A DNA stretch of 64,000 nt from Selaginella moellendorffii (taxonomy: Eukaryota; Plantae; Lycopodiophyta), in assembly GCF_000143415.4 (NCBI RefSeq), contig NW_003314274.1, positions 2,090,623-2,154,622 of the forward strand, in the 5' to 3' direction. Below the pieces are notes generated by a model, which was given only the letters and a program-made list of their open reading frames with translations, was not told the DNA's origin and did not search any database. The position numbers and the translations under genes were made by a program. How positions within the stretch are numbered: the stretch's first letter is position 1; each line of letters begins with the position of its first letter. Below, piece by piece: positions 25,113 through 38,427 of the stretch.

Positions 25113-25794
25113 GAAATGGATTATTTTGTCAACTTTATCATTAGCCGTTGAATTGTTCCCGTCAATTTTAACAACTTTACATTATAGTTTATACACTAAT
25201 GTATATATTAATGTATAATTAATGTATATAGTGTATACATCACGTGGGAGCATTTTCACCTTAGATGATCTTGTTAGCGCAATGGACACACCCGCAACTT
25301 AATAGATCGTCCTCTCCCCAACGATGTAAGTGTGCTGTAGTGTTCGAATATACTAAGATCCACATGCGGAGACTTCGCATTCGTCAGGGGCAAATTCAGG
25401 AACAAAATTCTATCTTCAAACTGGTCATGTAATTCGACGCGTGATCGAGGACGTGAGGGTCGGCGACTGCGAAGCTGGCGGCCTGGCGGCTGCAGCTGCA
25501 GCAGCTTAGCATCCGCCTTTACAGAACAGATGGATCCTCCGGAATACTCGTGCTGTTTGCCAGAGGCCTTTGCGGATTGTGGCCTTTGAGGAACTTTGGG
25601 TTTTGCGCGATGGTGACGCGCGACTCGGTGTGGTTCTTCAAGTTGAGCCGGTTGCTAGCTTTCGCCGGCGGCTTGTGGACGCGGATGGTATGGTTTGGCT
25701 GGCTAAGCTCTTGTGTGCACCTCACTTTCGCGAGGCTTCTGTTGTAGTCGAAGATCCTCTCGTAGTCTCACGCTTTGAGTCTAACACTCCATTC

Positions 25795-25820
25795 CAGCCC
25801 CAGCCCCAGCCCCAGCCCCA
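25795..25820 (+). repeat. (CAGCCC)n short tandem repeat
   Basis: About 4 units of cagccc; reads as G4 tracts on the minus strand. Confidence 0.8.
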
Positions 25821-25933
25821 ATGTTTAATTAAATCGTGAAACAAGCACAGAAGGATGATTACATACCAGAAGGGATGAATTTCTGTGCAGCAATTCGAAC
25901 AAAACTAGCTCAAAGTCTCTGGAACCCATGAAG

Positions 25934-28900
25934 TTACGTGAATGAAAAATACAGGCCAGATGCGGCCACAAATAATAAATCGGTTATCAAAAGACCAATC
26001 GCATCAAAAACGTATTTTGGAGCAAATAATCCCCAAACCTGAAGCAGCCGCGTTTGCAATAGAGAAAGCAAAAAAGAGATGCCTACCATCAAGTGTCGTC
26101 TTTGTATTGCTACACAAATCGTCGAGAAAGTAGTGGTGACGCTTCGGATGAGCCCGAAGGAAAGGTAAGCCTGCAAAATATGTGGAAAAGAAGATTATGG
26201 CTTCGGAGTTATCATAAAAGCCTTACCAAAGCAATGTCTAGAGCAAAATGTGTTGAGCGACGTCCGTCTGCCTTCTTTTGCTCGCTATCCTTTTCAGATT
26301 CAGCGACAACAAGAGAAGGCAGGCCGATTATGGGCAAAACATGCGATGCGCCATAAGTGTCAATAATAAGAAGTGCTCCTTGTCGATAGAGGTTAAACTC
26401 GTCAAATCTGTAAACTACGTAATCAGCAGAAGCATGATACTACACCGTGTGAAGATAAGTTACCCGATGAACGCCGCAGGGTAACGAAGACCGTCAAATG
26501 TACATCTAAAACGCAGAGGTGTTAGTCGAAGAAGTTACAATTCTACATGCCTGTGGTTAGTGCAAAAAAATAGCAAAAGTGCTAGAAAATTCCAGTGTGA
26601 AGAAATAAGCTTTCGTTTCTCCAAGCTTTGAAGCTCCAATATACACCACACTGCAGGAAACCAATCACAAAGCTGGCACACAGAACTGTAAGAAGTTTAC
26701 CTTCGAGCATTGCAAGAAAACCGAGAGCCGGAGATGTGCGTCCAAGAAGCAGGAGAATAGAGGCACTCCAAGCTCCGAACAACGCAATCACAGCATCTCT
26801 AAGATGTGATTTACCAGCGGAAAGTTTCCCAGCCAAGTAGACGAGACCCGTGGATAATAAAGTGCCCAGAAATACCACACGAGGTAGTTGTAAACGGGCA
26901 AATTCTCTTATATCGCCAGGTATCGTGATAGTCTTCACTTCGCTCAAATCCAAGATAAGCCAATGAACTGCGATGGCTGCGTACATTACAGGTAGCGCAA
27001 GTGTTGCCACGAGGTAAGCGTTTAGCCGATACAAGTTCCTGGATACGTGCCGGATGGCAAGCCAAGAAAATATTAGCAAGGGAACGCAATATATAGTTGC
27101 ATCAAGCCAGTTAGCGTAAGAGACTTCGTTGCCAGATTCTACCGTGTCTTTGACAATGCTCGTTAAACCCATGCCAGAAAGGACACGATTGACAACAAGA
27201 AACAAGACGGCCTGGAACGGTTTGGTGTCAGTACAAAGAGAAAGAGTAAACGGTGCTTGCCTGAAAGATTTTAGATTGGAACTGCAGAGCAAATCGAAAG
27301 TATATCAATCCAATAGTTGCAAGAAGGTAACTTGCAACATGTCCTTCAGCCACTGTAAGATTAAGTTTAGATAAGTCGTTAGAAGTGACTTACTTACTGA
27401 TGAAACTGTTTGAGAGGAGACTCAAAGCGTGCAGCATTACAAACATAACTCCTGCTATGGCCTTCGAATCACAGGCATAGCTCCAGAAGCGTTTTTCAGA
27501 GCTTTTGGTCTTCGCACTTAATGTATTTTGAAAAAATCCAGAAAGAAGATACGCAAATACTGCAGCAAAGCCCACGGCTCCAAGAATAACATACCAGCTG
27601 AAGCCTTTACCTAGTGTAACAGCTGTAGCCACAGAAATAAGACCTCCCAATGTGCATGCGGAGGCAATAAGTCTTCCAGGAAAGATTAGTTGCAGCTCAT
27701 AAGAATGGTGAGGCCCTCGGAAACGCGACACTCTTAATAACGCCAGTGCATGAACCGGAACAGATAATACTAGAAGGGTCAGGCCTGCAGCCATCTTAGC
27801 ATCTCCAAATTGGGTCCACTGAGATCGGGCTAAAGCGGCAGCTTCCGTAAGAAAAGTGTTGTATGAAGTTATTTGGTCCTTGAGACCGGTGGCAATTCCA
27901 GTTGCGTCTCGAGACAAAGGTTCATAATATGCTTTCAAGCGCATTAAATCGGGAGCTGGAATCCCATTAAGCGAATGCGCTGCATAATGCTCGAGATATC
28001 TCATGACCTGAAGAGGTATGTCGTACAGATACATGAGAAACAAGAAATAACGTGACCTTACCTGCCAGCTATTTATACAAAGAACATTCTGGTAGTGTTC
28101 TGGTGTATTTGAGGATTCATGGTTAGACCAAGCCAATGAAAGCAATTCCAAATTTACTCGTCCAACACTACAACCAGACACGTTACGAACGTAAGCAAGT
28201 ACGTGAGGAAACAGAGCTACCTTCCAAAAGGAATGGGAACTCCTAAAATTGTAGATAACGTAGGAGCAAAATCTAGCTGCATACCGATCATCAATGTTCA
28301 TCTCACAGAATTGATTCTAACCTGTGGAAGCGTGCTTATACCCGGGCTACTGGCGTCCTGGAAACAAATATATGTTAATATTACGCTGGAAATACTCCAG
28401 GAAAAATAAACAAACCATGTGCAATCCACAAGAAGAGGAATGAATATCCTTGCCTTTTCGGCCTCCCAAGACCATAGCAAAAAGTCCAGTGTCAACCTGT
28501 TACTCATATGGGTTCAATGAAAAATGCCAGAAGAACAACGAACCTCTTCAGCTGTTCCACCACCATGATCTCCATTAAGAGTTTGACCATGATCACCCAT
28601 AACAATCAGCATAGTATTTTCGTGGAGACCACCAGGACCTGACTCCTTTTGAAGGATAGAAATGATTTCCTGTAAAGTAACGTATCCCAAAAATGTCTTG
28701 AATAATGGTGGTTTCAAACATTACCTCCAAGACATTGTTATACTGCGTCAGCTTTTCAACCATGAGAGGAGATTCTACCCCGAATATATGTCCAACATGA
28801 TCCTGATGTAGATTAAATCGCATCACGAAAAATGACCAAAGCAAAGGAGCAGCGTGCCTGCTCGCGACAAAAGTACCACGCCAAGAAAGTGGGCAATAAG

Positions 28901-29842
28901 TAAGTCCCAGTTGTTTTGATGCAGCTTGGGAAAGATGTTGCTTATAACACCATTGTCCACCTACAACGTTGCGTGCAGATTAGTTTGCAAGCAAAATTTT
29001 TGAAAATGTTTTACTGTATGCAAATCTTTGACGTTGAATGATGGAAATGGATAAGCTTCGGAAAAATGATTTGGAAATAGCTGCAACCACGTATCGTCTC
29101 CCATCATCACAACGCGCTTGCCATTTCGTGCAAGCTGGAGGAAACCAAATATAAAACTATGACTTCTCATAGAAGATTTCGTATAAGGTCTGACCTGAAG
29201 AATTAAATTGTCTTCGACTATTGCAGGAGCACCAAAACTGTGGCCAACGTCAATAAATGTTGGCAATCCTCCCGTCGTTAGCCCCTGAAAGAAGGAAAAA
29301 GAAAACAGTGAGATACGAGGGATCGAACCCAGAAAAATGTATGCATATAAACTTTGAGCCGCTGCAGTGTTGTCGTGGGTGGATCAGCAACGTACTTAAA
29401 AATTCTAGCGTTTGCTTCGTTCTCTGCTAGATCTTGTAGCACTGTAAGCCTATCCATCCATGGCTTTGATTCTAGAAAGCCGTAAAGTGACGCTGGCTGG
29501 CAAAAATTACGAGCACTCTTACCGGAGAAGAATTCACTCCTTGCAAGGAAATCAAATCTACAGTGACAATAGCTCAGATCCAGATATATTTTACGCGATC
29601 ACCTACCTCAACGCATCGATTATGACAACGATCGCGCGCTTCACTCCACCGGAATCCGTCCAGCAACTGGCATTCGATCCGCTGCCGCGACCGCAAGGGG
29701 CGGCGGCGGCATCCGCGCATTCGCTCACATTCGGCAGCTCCGTGCGCGTGAGGAGGAATCCCGACGTGAAGAGGAAGATCGCGAGGGAGTGGAGCGCCAG
29801 AATGTAGAGCAGCAGCAGAAGCAATCGTGTCTGGATGCCCAT
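25934..29842 (-). CDS. PIGO: GPI ethanolamine phosphate transferase 3 (PIG-O/GPI13-like), multi-exon
   Basis: [110 protein letters not shown]. Confidence 0.94.
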
Positions 29843-29899
29843 TCGCGCTCCTAAAACCCTACGAAATCCCAGGAACCCTAAAAATGTATGTGTGTTTCC

Positions 29900-29933
29900 C
29901 ACGTGTTTGCCAGCTGTCAATTTGCCCACGTCA
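29900..29933. promoter_or_regulatory. G-box (CACGTG) and CCACGTCA ACGT elements in the divergent PIG-O/bZIP promoter
   Basis: CACGTG at 29900-29905 and CCACGTCA at 29926-29933, with telo-box-like AACCCTA/TTAGGGTT motifs nearby. Confidence 0.55.
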
Positions 29934-30208
29934 CGGCCGCCAGAAGTTAGGGTTCTTAAAGCCCTAGGTCCAGTCAGCGCAGGTTTGCCGATGCCAGCGC
30001 GGCGCTTGTGATCCTAGTCCGCGGCACAGTCATCCGCGCGCCATTACACACACAATCGGAGCACAGATCGAAGTTCCAAGCTCTTCTCGCGCCAGCGCTC
30101 GCCAAATGCCTCCTCTTTGATCCATTCCAGGGTTTCTAGAGCTAAAGGGTAAGCGCTTTGGTGTTCTTTCTCGCAGCTTGGGGTGATTTCTCTAGGATTT
30201 CTTCCCAG

Positions 30209-31763
30209 ATGGGTTCTGGCGACGCGCCCCCTTCCAGTGCGAAAGCTTCAAAGGCAGCGCCGCCGCCTCCTGCTCCACCTCTTCCTCCTCCTCCGGCCAC
30301 TTCTTCCCAGGTTTGTTCGTTAAAGCCTTTGTCTTTATCCCATTTTATAGTTGACACAAACGAGTGAGTGCTTAGGAAACTCACACTCCAACCTCGTGGC
30401 CACAAGTAAGAGCATGCTTCTCACTCTGTCGATTTGAGCTTGTGACTAAGTCGAGTTTTTCCTTCCTTTTTCTTCTGTGTAGGGATACTATCCTCCTCCT
30501 CCAGCGCCGGGTGGAGCACCACAAGCTGGCTACTTTCCTGTGTGGCATGGACAAGTACAAAGCTTCCAACTTTCTTGGAACTAAGTAGCTTGGCTGATCT
30601 TTTATTTTTCTTTTTCTTCGCAGCATATGCAGCCTATGATGTATGGACATTACGCAATGTACCCGCATGGAGGCTACCCATACGGTCTCGCTGGAATGGC
30701 GTCTCCTCCCGGCAGTGGAAATGACGGGGTAATGTATCCAGAAAACAAAAGGAAATCTCTAATAAACATTGTTTGCTGTGATTCTCAGGCTGCGGAAGGC
30801 AAGTCATCCAAAAGTAAGAAAAGGAAGACGAAACCAGAAGCTGCTGTTGACAAAGCAATTGCCCCGAGGTTTTTGCTGTGCAATCGGGCTGTTTTTGTTT
30901 TTGGTGGATTAACGTTCTGACTGGCAGAACCGAGGAGAGCGACAGTGATGGTTCTCCCAGTGGAAACAGTGACGAGGACAAGGTATGACACGTTTTGCCT
31001 TTGCTAAGGCTGGCGTTTTGTTGGTCCTACGCAGACGGAGAACAAGAAAAACAGTAGCGAGCAAGGGACAGAGACAACTAATGGGTTTCAGTACACAGGT
31101 TGTTATCAAAACCACTCCTTTTCTTTTAGATTTGATTAGCGAGAACAAGTCCAGGTGTAGATTTCTGGAATGGTGGTCAAGGAAAGCAGCGTGCGTCCGG
31201 AGCTATCGTTCCAGCCGGGGCCCTGGAATCTGACATGATGTTACAAGTACGCATCCTGGCTCGATATGAACCTTTACTAATAAGTTCTTCCTTTAAATCT
31301 CAGGATGAACGCGAACTTAAGCGTCAGCGTAGGAAGCAATCTAACAGGGAATCAGCAAGGCGCTCGAGGCAAAGAAAACAAGTTAGTCTCTTTCTCTTGT
31401 TTTCCTTCTCCCTTTTCACAAGCACGTTTACATTTGGTTTTGACAGAAAGAATGCGAGGAACTGAGCCACAAAGTGGAGGATCTAACCCAAGACAATGAG
31501 AGGCTGAAAGCTCAGCTAGCAGATGTCCAGGAAATAAAGCGGCAACTCGAAGAGGAGCGCGACTCTTACCTGGTAAAAGCTTTCGTTTTCTCTTTTCTTG
31601 TCTAAAGTTCTCTGATTTCTAGGAGCAACTCCAAGCTTTGCAGCAGCACGGGGACTCTCCCAAAGCCGCCGAGCTACACAAAAGCAAGCAAAGGGACCAG
31701 CAAGGCTCTAGCTCGCCCATTGTACAAAACAATCAGCAGCAGCATCTGCCAGAGATTGGATAG
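30209..31763 (+). CDS. GBF: G-box-binding factor-type (group G) bZIP transcription factor, multi-exon
   Basis: MGSGD.. Pro-rich N-terminus, YPVWHGQHMQPMM..YAMYPHGGYP, then QDERELKRQRRKQSNRESARRSRQRKQKECEEL..KVEDLTQDNERLK. Confidence 0.9.
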
Positions 31764-31893
31764 CAACGATCTATAGCGTGTACTATGACAGAACCAAACA
31801 CGTTTAAAAAGCTTCCCTTTTAACATTTTTTAAAAGGGTCCAGTTCAGAGGTTTAGGGCTCCTCGGAGATTTTAGGGCTCTGCAGTAGCGGGA

Positions 31894-34313
31894 ATGGCAT
31901 CAGTGTATCCATCCGGGCGAGCGCCACCAGCAAGGAGCTCACAGCCGCCGCCCCCGCCTCCTCCTTACGGTAGTAGCAGTAGATCGCATTCGTCGCAGCA
32001 TCAGCCTCCTCCTCCCGGATCGCAGCAATATCCGCCAGGGCCTCCGCCCGGCGTGCCACCGTATTCGTCAGGTACGAGCTCGGGCTATGGCGGCCACTAT
32101 TCCGGAGGGGGAGGGCATCACCATCAGCCGCAGCGCCCCAGTCACCACGATAGGCCGCCGGGCGGCGGCGGCGGCGGCTATGGAAATTATCCTCCTCCAC
32201 CACCACCGCCGTCGTCCTCTTCCTATCCGGCTCAAGCGCCAGGGAGGAATCCCAGCTCCAATTCTTCGAGTCATCCCAATTCGGGTGATCACCATCAACA
32301 GCACCAATCTCACCCTGTGAAGAGGGAAACCGAGGAGGAGAGACGCGAGAGGAAGAAGAAGGAGTATGAGATGAGGAAGCAAAGGGACGCTAAGGCCTCG
32401 GCTCACCACTCTCAGCAGAAGCAGCGGATAGAGAAGAAGCCATCCGTTGTGCCGGACAAGGCTGAGAACCGGTTGAAGAGACCATCCACCTTTCTTTGTA
32501 AGATCAAGTAAGTTCGCGGATGTGTGTTGCTCGAATTTCTTACACACTGGGTGTTTTCTTTCTCCAGATTTAGGAATGAGCTGCCGGATCCTGTATCACA
32601 ACCAAAGTTGCTTCGCATATACAATGATAAAGACAGGTACATTTTGGTCTTGATCGATTTGTTCCAGGACGTTGCGCTGATTGTTTCTCCCTGGTTTTAG
32701 ATATTCAAAGTATTCTATTACATCAATGGAGAAAACCTTCAAGCACAAGCTTTACGTGGAACCAGACCTTGGTATCCCATTAGATCTTCTCGACCTCAGT
32801 GTATACAAGTACGTGGCTTTGCATTTCTAGATGTTGGATTTACGTTCAGACTTGCAGTCCGCCAAAGACGAAGGCTCCTCTAGATCCTGCAGACGCAGAG
32901 CTTCTCGTGGACGACGAAGTTGGAGTGAAGCAGAAGGCTGAACTAGCGAGGAGAAAAGAACGGCCTACTGACAAGGGCGTGGCCTGGCTGGTGAAAACTA
33001 CATACATTTCTCCTGTCAGTATGGATCCTGCTAAGCAGGTAAGGCTTACTTTTTTCGTCTTCTTTCTTTACTTCATGTCCGCCTTCATGCTTGTGTTCAG
33101 TCGTTGACGGAAAAACAAGCCAAGGAGCTGAGAGAACAGAAGGAGGGCCGAAAAGGTCCAATCAATGACAGGTGAAGGATCAACGTTGTTGATCAATTTC
33201 ACAGCACTCAATGCTTTTTCTTCTTGGCAGAGACCACCAAATTCAAGCCATTGAGGAAACTTTCAGGGTTTCTAAGATGGAGCCTGTACATCAAACCAAG
33301 CCCGAACTCAAACCTGTGGAAGTTTTACCTTTACTACCAGACTTCTCCAGGTTAAGCATGCAGCTTTCTCGTTTATTATCCTGATTTTGTTTGCTTCTGT
33401 AGGTGTGGCGACCAGTTTGTCCATGTAGTTTTTGACACCGAGCCAACCGGGGACTCGGAGCTCTACAGCAAACTTGATCGGAACACAAGGGACTACCTTG
33501 AATCTCGAGTACGGTTTCCATTTCAAAACGTGCAATTCTTACTGGTAAATTGGGGTGAAACAGGCGGTTGTAAAGAGTTACTCGTTGCCCAAGGAAGACG
33601 GTAAGACGGAAAAGTTTCTGGGCTACATGGTTCCAAAACTAGATGAGGTATTCTTTATTCATTCAGTTATATTTCAAACCTGTGTGTTTTGTACTCAGGC
33701 GCATGACGACGACGATGAAATTCCCTATACCTGGATAAGGGAGTATCAATGGGATGTACGTATAGTTTTCTGGTGCGAAAGTATGTCTCATTCTCTTGAA
33801 ACTCCAGGTCCGTGGAGAAGATGCTCGAAATAACTACGTCTTCTGTTTTGGAAAAGATGCTGTACAATACTTGGTACAAGAAAAATCTGGAGTCGTCTCT
33901 AGTATAACAATCTGAACATTTTATGCAGCCAATCAGCTCGAAGCTCATACTACACAAGAAGAAGGCTAGGGAGGGCCGCTCTAAAGACGACGTTGACAAT
34001 CAATTTTTAGTTCCGTCGAGCGTTACAGTCCGTCGAAGAGACTTGACGGAGGAAGAAGAAGACCAACGAGAGTCCATGCGAAGAATCTTCATGGATGTAA
34101 GTCGAAGGTTATGAGTTTTGGTTTCTAGAGACTGAGAGCGCGGTTTTTTTTTCGCAGGGCCGCCTAACTGAGACAGCGATAGAGGAAGAAGCTCCAACGA
34201 CAAAGAGCAACAAGAGACCCATGGAAATCGAGAGACACTCCACGAAACGAAGACGGCCGTCTTACCAGGAGGAAACAAGAGAGGCTAGCGAAGACGAGGA
34301 CGTCTCTATTTAA
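31894..34313 (+). CDS. PAF1: RNA polymerase II-associated factor 1 (PAF1/ELF7/VIP2 homolog), multi-exon
   Basis: MASVYP.. Pro-rich N-terminus, ENRLKRPSTFLCKIKFRNELPDP..QPKLL, EPDLGIPLDLLDL, RPTDKGVAWLVKTTYISP, VEVLPLLPDF, YTWIREYQWD. Confidence 0.94.
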
Positions 34314-37300
34314 GCGTGCTTTTGGATTTGGACAAGGAAAGCAAACCAAGCTCTGCCAGCGGCGCTTACCAGGTACACAGAGACGCGCTACAGCCATACA
34401 ACAAAGAGAGAGGGGGAGTTTTTTGCTTTTGGTTTTTAAATTCTTTCTCGTGACGCGAAGTCAATCGCGCTACTGACCCGCAAATCGGCAGCAAGGCAGA
34501 GCTCTCGGCTGGCAGAGAACATCACAGAATCGCGAAGATGGTGAACGAAGAAAAGAAGCGACGATGACTTCAGTGGTTCTCGTTCGCGAGAAGACAAGAT
34601 AGAAAGAAGAAAGGAAGGGTTGGCTTGAGTGTACATTATGGCAGTTAGTACTGACTGACAAAATGCCATGGCAATAAAGTTCCAGATTGCAATTGAAATC
34701 GCCCATCTCTCTTGTTATAAGCTTTGTCTTTTTTTTCTTTTTTTTTCCCTTCTTTTCATGTGAGGAACTTTTGTTGTGTTGTGTGTGCGAGTCTGCCTGT
34801 CCTTCGGTGGTGGTGCCAATGTACCACACAGCTCCTCTTGGAAAAGGATATGGTCAATGCGCAAAGCGCGTTATCGGCTGTTAGCCTATCGCCTCTTTCG
34901 AATCTATTCGATTGTAACTCCAAAAGGAGCCTGTCTGTCTATTTCTCTCGTAGCATTTTCTTTCACAGGCGACCATTGGAGCATTTACGGAACTTTAACT
35001 TGGTTTTTTTTTTTTCCTTTGTTTCCTTCCTCTTCAATTTTCTTGCAGTTTTTCTCGTTTCTTCGCCTCGCTCGCTAGCTGTAAACTTGCTTGATTGCAC
35101 TTTGCTCTCCTTTGTCAAAAAGGCATACCTGGCTCCCTGCGAGAATGTCCAATGTCCATGTCTCTCTCGCTTCTAGAATGCAAGGAAGAATTAAAAAAGA
35201 CTTGGAGTTTCCCAGAGGAAGTTCTTTACAGAGAAACGAACTCCTAGTCCGCGTGATGCATAAATTCTCTCCCGTCCGTACCTGTCGTACGAGCTGTTCA
35301 CCATGTGAATCCCCGCGAGGTTTCTCGCAAATCTTGTTTTTCTTTTGTGGCCACCTTTGATTCGCTTCGTATCTTTGCAACAGCGCCGGTGGCGGTTTGG
35401 TGCTTGTCGACGTAGCCAAAATCCCCAAATCTTTCCATCCGTAAGGATCGGCTGCGTGGTTGTCTTTAAAAAACGTAAAATTCCGCGAATCCTTGTCATG
35501 CTCTCAAGGCAAAAGCTCGAGAACCAACACCGGTCAACTGCACTACAAAAACTCCACTGCGGCGATCTCTGCATTACTTCGTTTCACCCAACACAACAAT
35601 GTTGTCACCTTTTGTCAAATTTCTTGTTTTTGTTTAGTTTTCTCACACACACATGTTACACATAGAAAAGGATGCACAAGTCAAACAAAAGTATGATAAG
35701 AGTGTGTAACTTTTGATGGTACCGCCCACATTCATAAGCTCGAGCTTGTGCTGCAGACTAGACTGATCCTTGGAAGAGATGCATTTTGCATTTTGCATTC
35801 TGCATCTCAGGACAAGACCTGTTTGGTGCTCATTTTCAATTTCAAGAAACCAAACAGATTACAAGATCAGGATCAACAGTGTAGTGCACCAACCATGTTC
35901 TGGGTGAACCTTCTTGTAAAGCTTTCGTTTTTTTCGTTGTTTTAAATGCAATTTGTTTGGAGTGACCATGTGAAAGGAGGGCCTGCCCTGCACAGTGACA
36001 AGTTAGAAATGGCTGCGCTCTCATGTGACCGTGGCAGCAACAAGCTGCCGTATCTATCACACCATATGTACCAGAGATATTTTTCTCCTTTCTTAGTCTC
36101 GAGCAGTCGATACTCGAGAGAAGAGAGAATCCAAGAGTTTAACACCACAGGGAGAAACATCACCAGGTTTGACCCCTCGAGAGACTGGAAGGAAAACAAA
36201 CGCGTAATGTCGGTGTTTGCCTCTCAACTCGGTATAAAATTGTTGAAAACAGCACATACATGTAGATATATCCGGAACGAATAGTCAGAAATTAAAACGA
36301 CTGACACAGAGAGAAAGAGAGAGACACGAACAAGACGAAGTTCCCTCATGCTCTTTTCATGTGCTGCTTGTCTGAAATTTTCTTCTGGATCGTCATCTAG
36401 CTAAAGATCTTAGACTTGTTTTTCTTTTTTTTCTTCGCCTCACAATTATATAGGATCCAATCCAATCCAACAAGGCAACAGAAACAAGTTGGATATTCCC
36501 AAGCTCTCTGAGTTGCTGTTTGCTAAATGATTATAATTCCCATGTTGTGCCATGTTAGATCTAGCCTAGGATGGATAGAAGGCATGCATTGCATTCTGAT
36601 CTAGGGTGTGTGTCCTTGTGGGATTTGCTGCTCCAGAGTGGGGCCTGGGCTGCTCCCAGTGACATGACACCATTGCGTGCTCCGTTTTGTGCTCTCCCTT
36701 TGGTGCCTTGCAGATTAAAACCACGTAACGTTCAAACCATCTTCTTCATTTCTTTCCCCTTCCCCAAAGACCTTTTCCCCCTTCAGAAAATACAAAACTT
36801 GAGTAACATGGATATGAAGTTTGGGCATTTGTCTTGCTTGCCTCAAAGTCACCACATCAACAGTGGAGTCACTTGCGAAACAGGAGCGGCGGACCCCAAC
36901 TGGAGATTGAACCGGGGGCTTAGTACTAAAGGATTCGTGGAAACTATGACCCCCCTTTGTACAAATCCCTGGTGTCCGAAGGACTTGCTTGCCCAAGTTG
37001 GCGCTCCACAGTTGCGGAATTAGTTTGGGAGCGGGGCCATGCCCCCACAAGTGGGGGTTAAAAGTAACAAGATATTCCCTTTACCGGGTCCGGGAACTGT
37101 GGCAGCATCGCGGGGGAGTGTTTTTATGATTGTCTTGGCTAGTCTAAGTGGTGGCGGCACATTTGGAAAACATGACGAGGAGCACAATGCCTTTGGCATG
37201 ATCACCACCACCTTTGTGTTTGAACCTGAGCCCGCCCGCCCCCCGCCCGCCATCCAGCTTTTAAATTACATTTCATGAACAACGGCAGACACCAAGCACG

Positions 37301-38240
37301 AATGGGGGCTTGTATTTTATCTGGTTTTGTGCGGCTGGTGGTGGTGCGTGGTGGTGGGTTTTTTTGTTTGATTAGGCCTAATTGATTAGCTTTGGATCAA
37401 CTTTTGATTTGTGGGTGGAATATGCTGTTGTTGGCGGCAGGAGCAGCAGCAGAGCAGCCAGATGGTTATAAATGCCAAGCAGGTGAGCCCTATTTAATAG
37501 TCTTTGACCCATGCCTCTTTTTTTTTTTTTTTTCTTCAGCCATGCAAGCAAGCAAGCAATGCTACTACAAAACAAGACTACACACAAAACTCTCAGGACA
37601 AGTGGACAACACACACAAACGAAGCGCCAAAAAGAGAAAATGAAAATCATCTCATTTCTTGAGCAGAATTAACCAAGACAATGCAGCAGGACACTGACTC
37701 TGACTGTCCTGAATGAATGGGGTCGCAAATTAGAAGGAGAAGAAGAAAGAAGAAGAAGCTGGGAGGAAGATCACTCCCTTGTGTGTGTCTGTCCGTTCGC
37801 CATAGCCAATAAGAACCCTAAAAACTGGACGGGGGGTGGAAGGGAAAGCGCGAGAGAATTCCCTCCGTTGGGTTGCCCGGAAGAGACGACTTTGAGGTTC
37901 TGTTTGTTGAATCCGTCCGACATGCTCAACGGTTGCGGGACCCTCGAATTTTCTCACTCTTCGCGATTTAAATCTCTTTGTTTTTCCTATTTTTTTTTCT
38001 CTCTAGCCAGCCAGCCCAGCTCTGTTCCTGCTAGTAGCCATTTCCCGCTCCTCCTTTTAATTGCTACTCGTCGAAGTGCATAGAAGTAAAGTTTTGCGCT
38101 CATTCCCCTCAGAGCTCCAGACGAAAAGAGTGTTCTTCTCTTCTGTGCTCGTTCTCCACTGTTCCTTCTCCCTTCTTGTTCGTTGTTCTTGAGGTTGCTC
38201 GCTTAATTGGTGCTGGAATTGTATCGCGAATCCATCGAGA

Positions 38241-38393
38241 ATGGGGAGGCCGCAGCGGTACCGGGGCGTGAGGCAACGCCACTGGGGCTCTTGGGTCAGC
38301 GAGATCCGACACCCTCTGCTGTAAGCTCCGCCCAAAATCCAGAGTCTTTTCTCTTGTCGCTCGGGGAAGATAGCTGAAGAACAGAGCTTGCAT

Positions 38394-38427
<34 letters not shown>

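Noticed and set aside
25189-25237. AT-rich inverted repeat TATACACTA...TAGTGTATA in the PHS1 3' region
   Set aside because: Short and low-complexity; not enough support for a MITE or miRNA.
35126-35146. TACCTGGCTCCCTGC resembles the 5' part of miR160
   Set aside because: Only 12 contiguous matches, the 3' end diverges, and I found no star arm or hairpin.
36301-36375. TGACACAGAGAGAAAGAGAG... reminiscent of miR156/535 precursors
   Set aside because: Low-complexity GA tract with poor pairing to the downstream arm.
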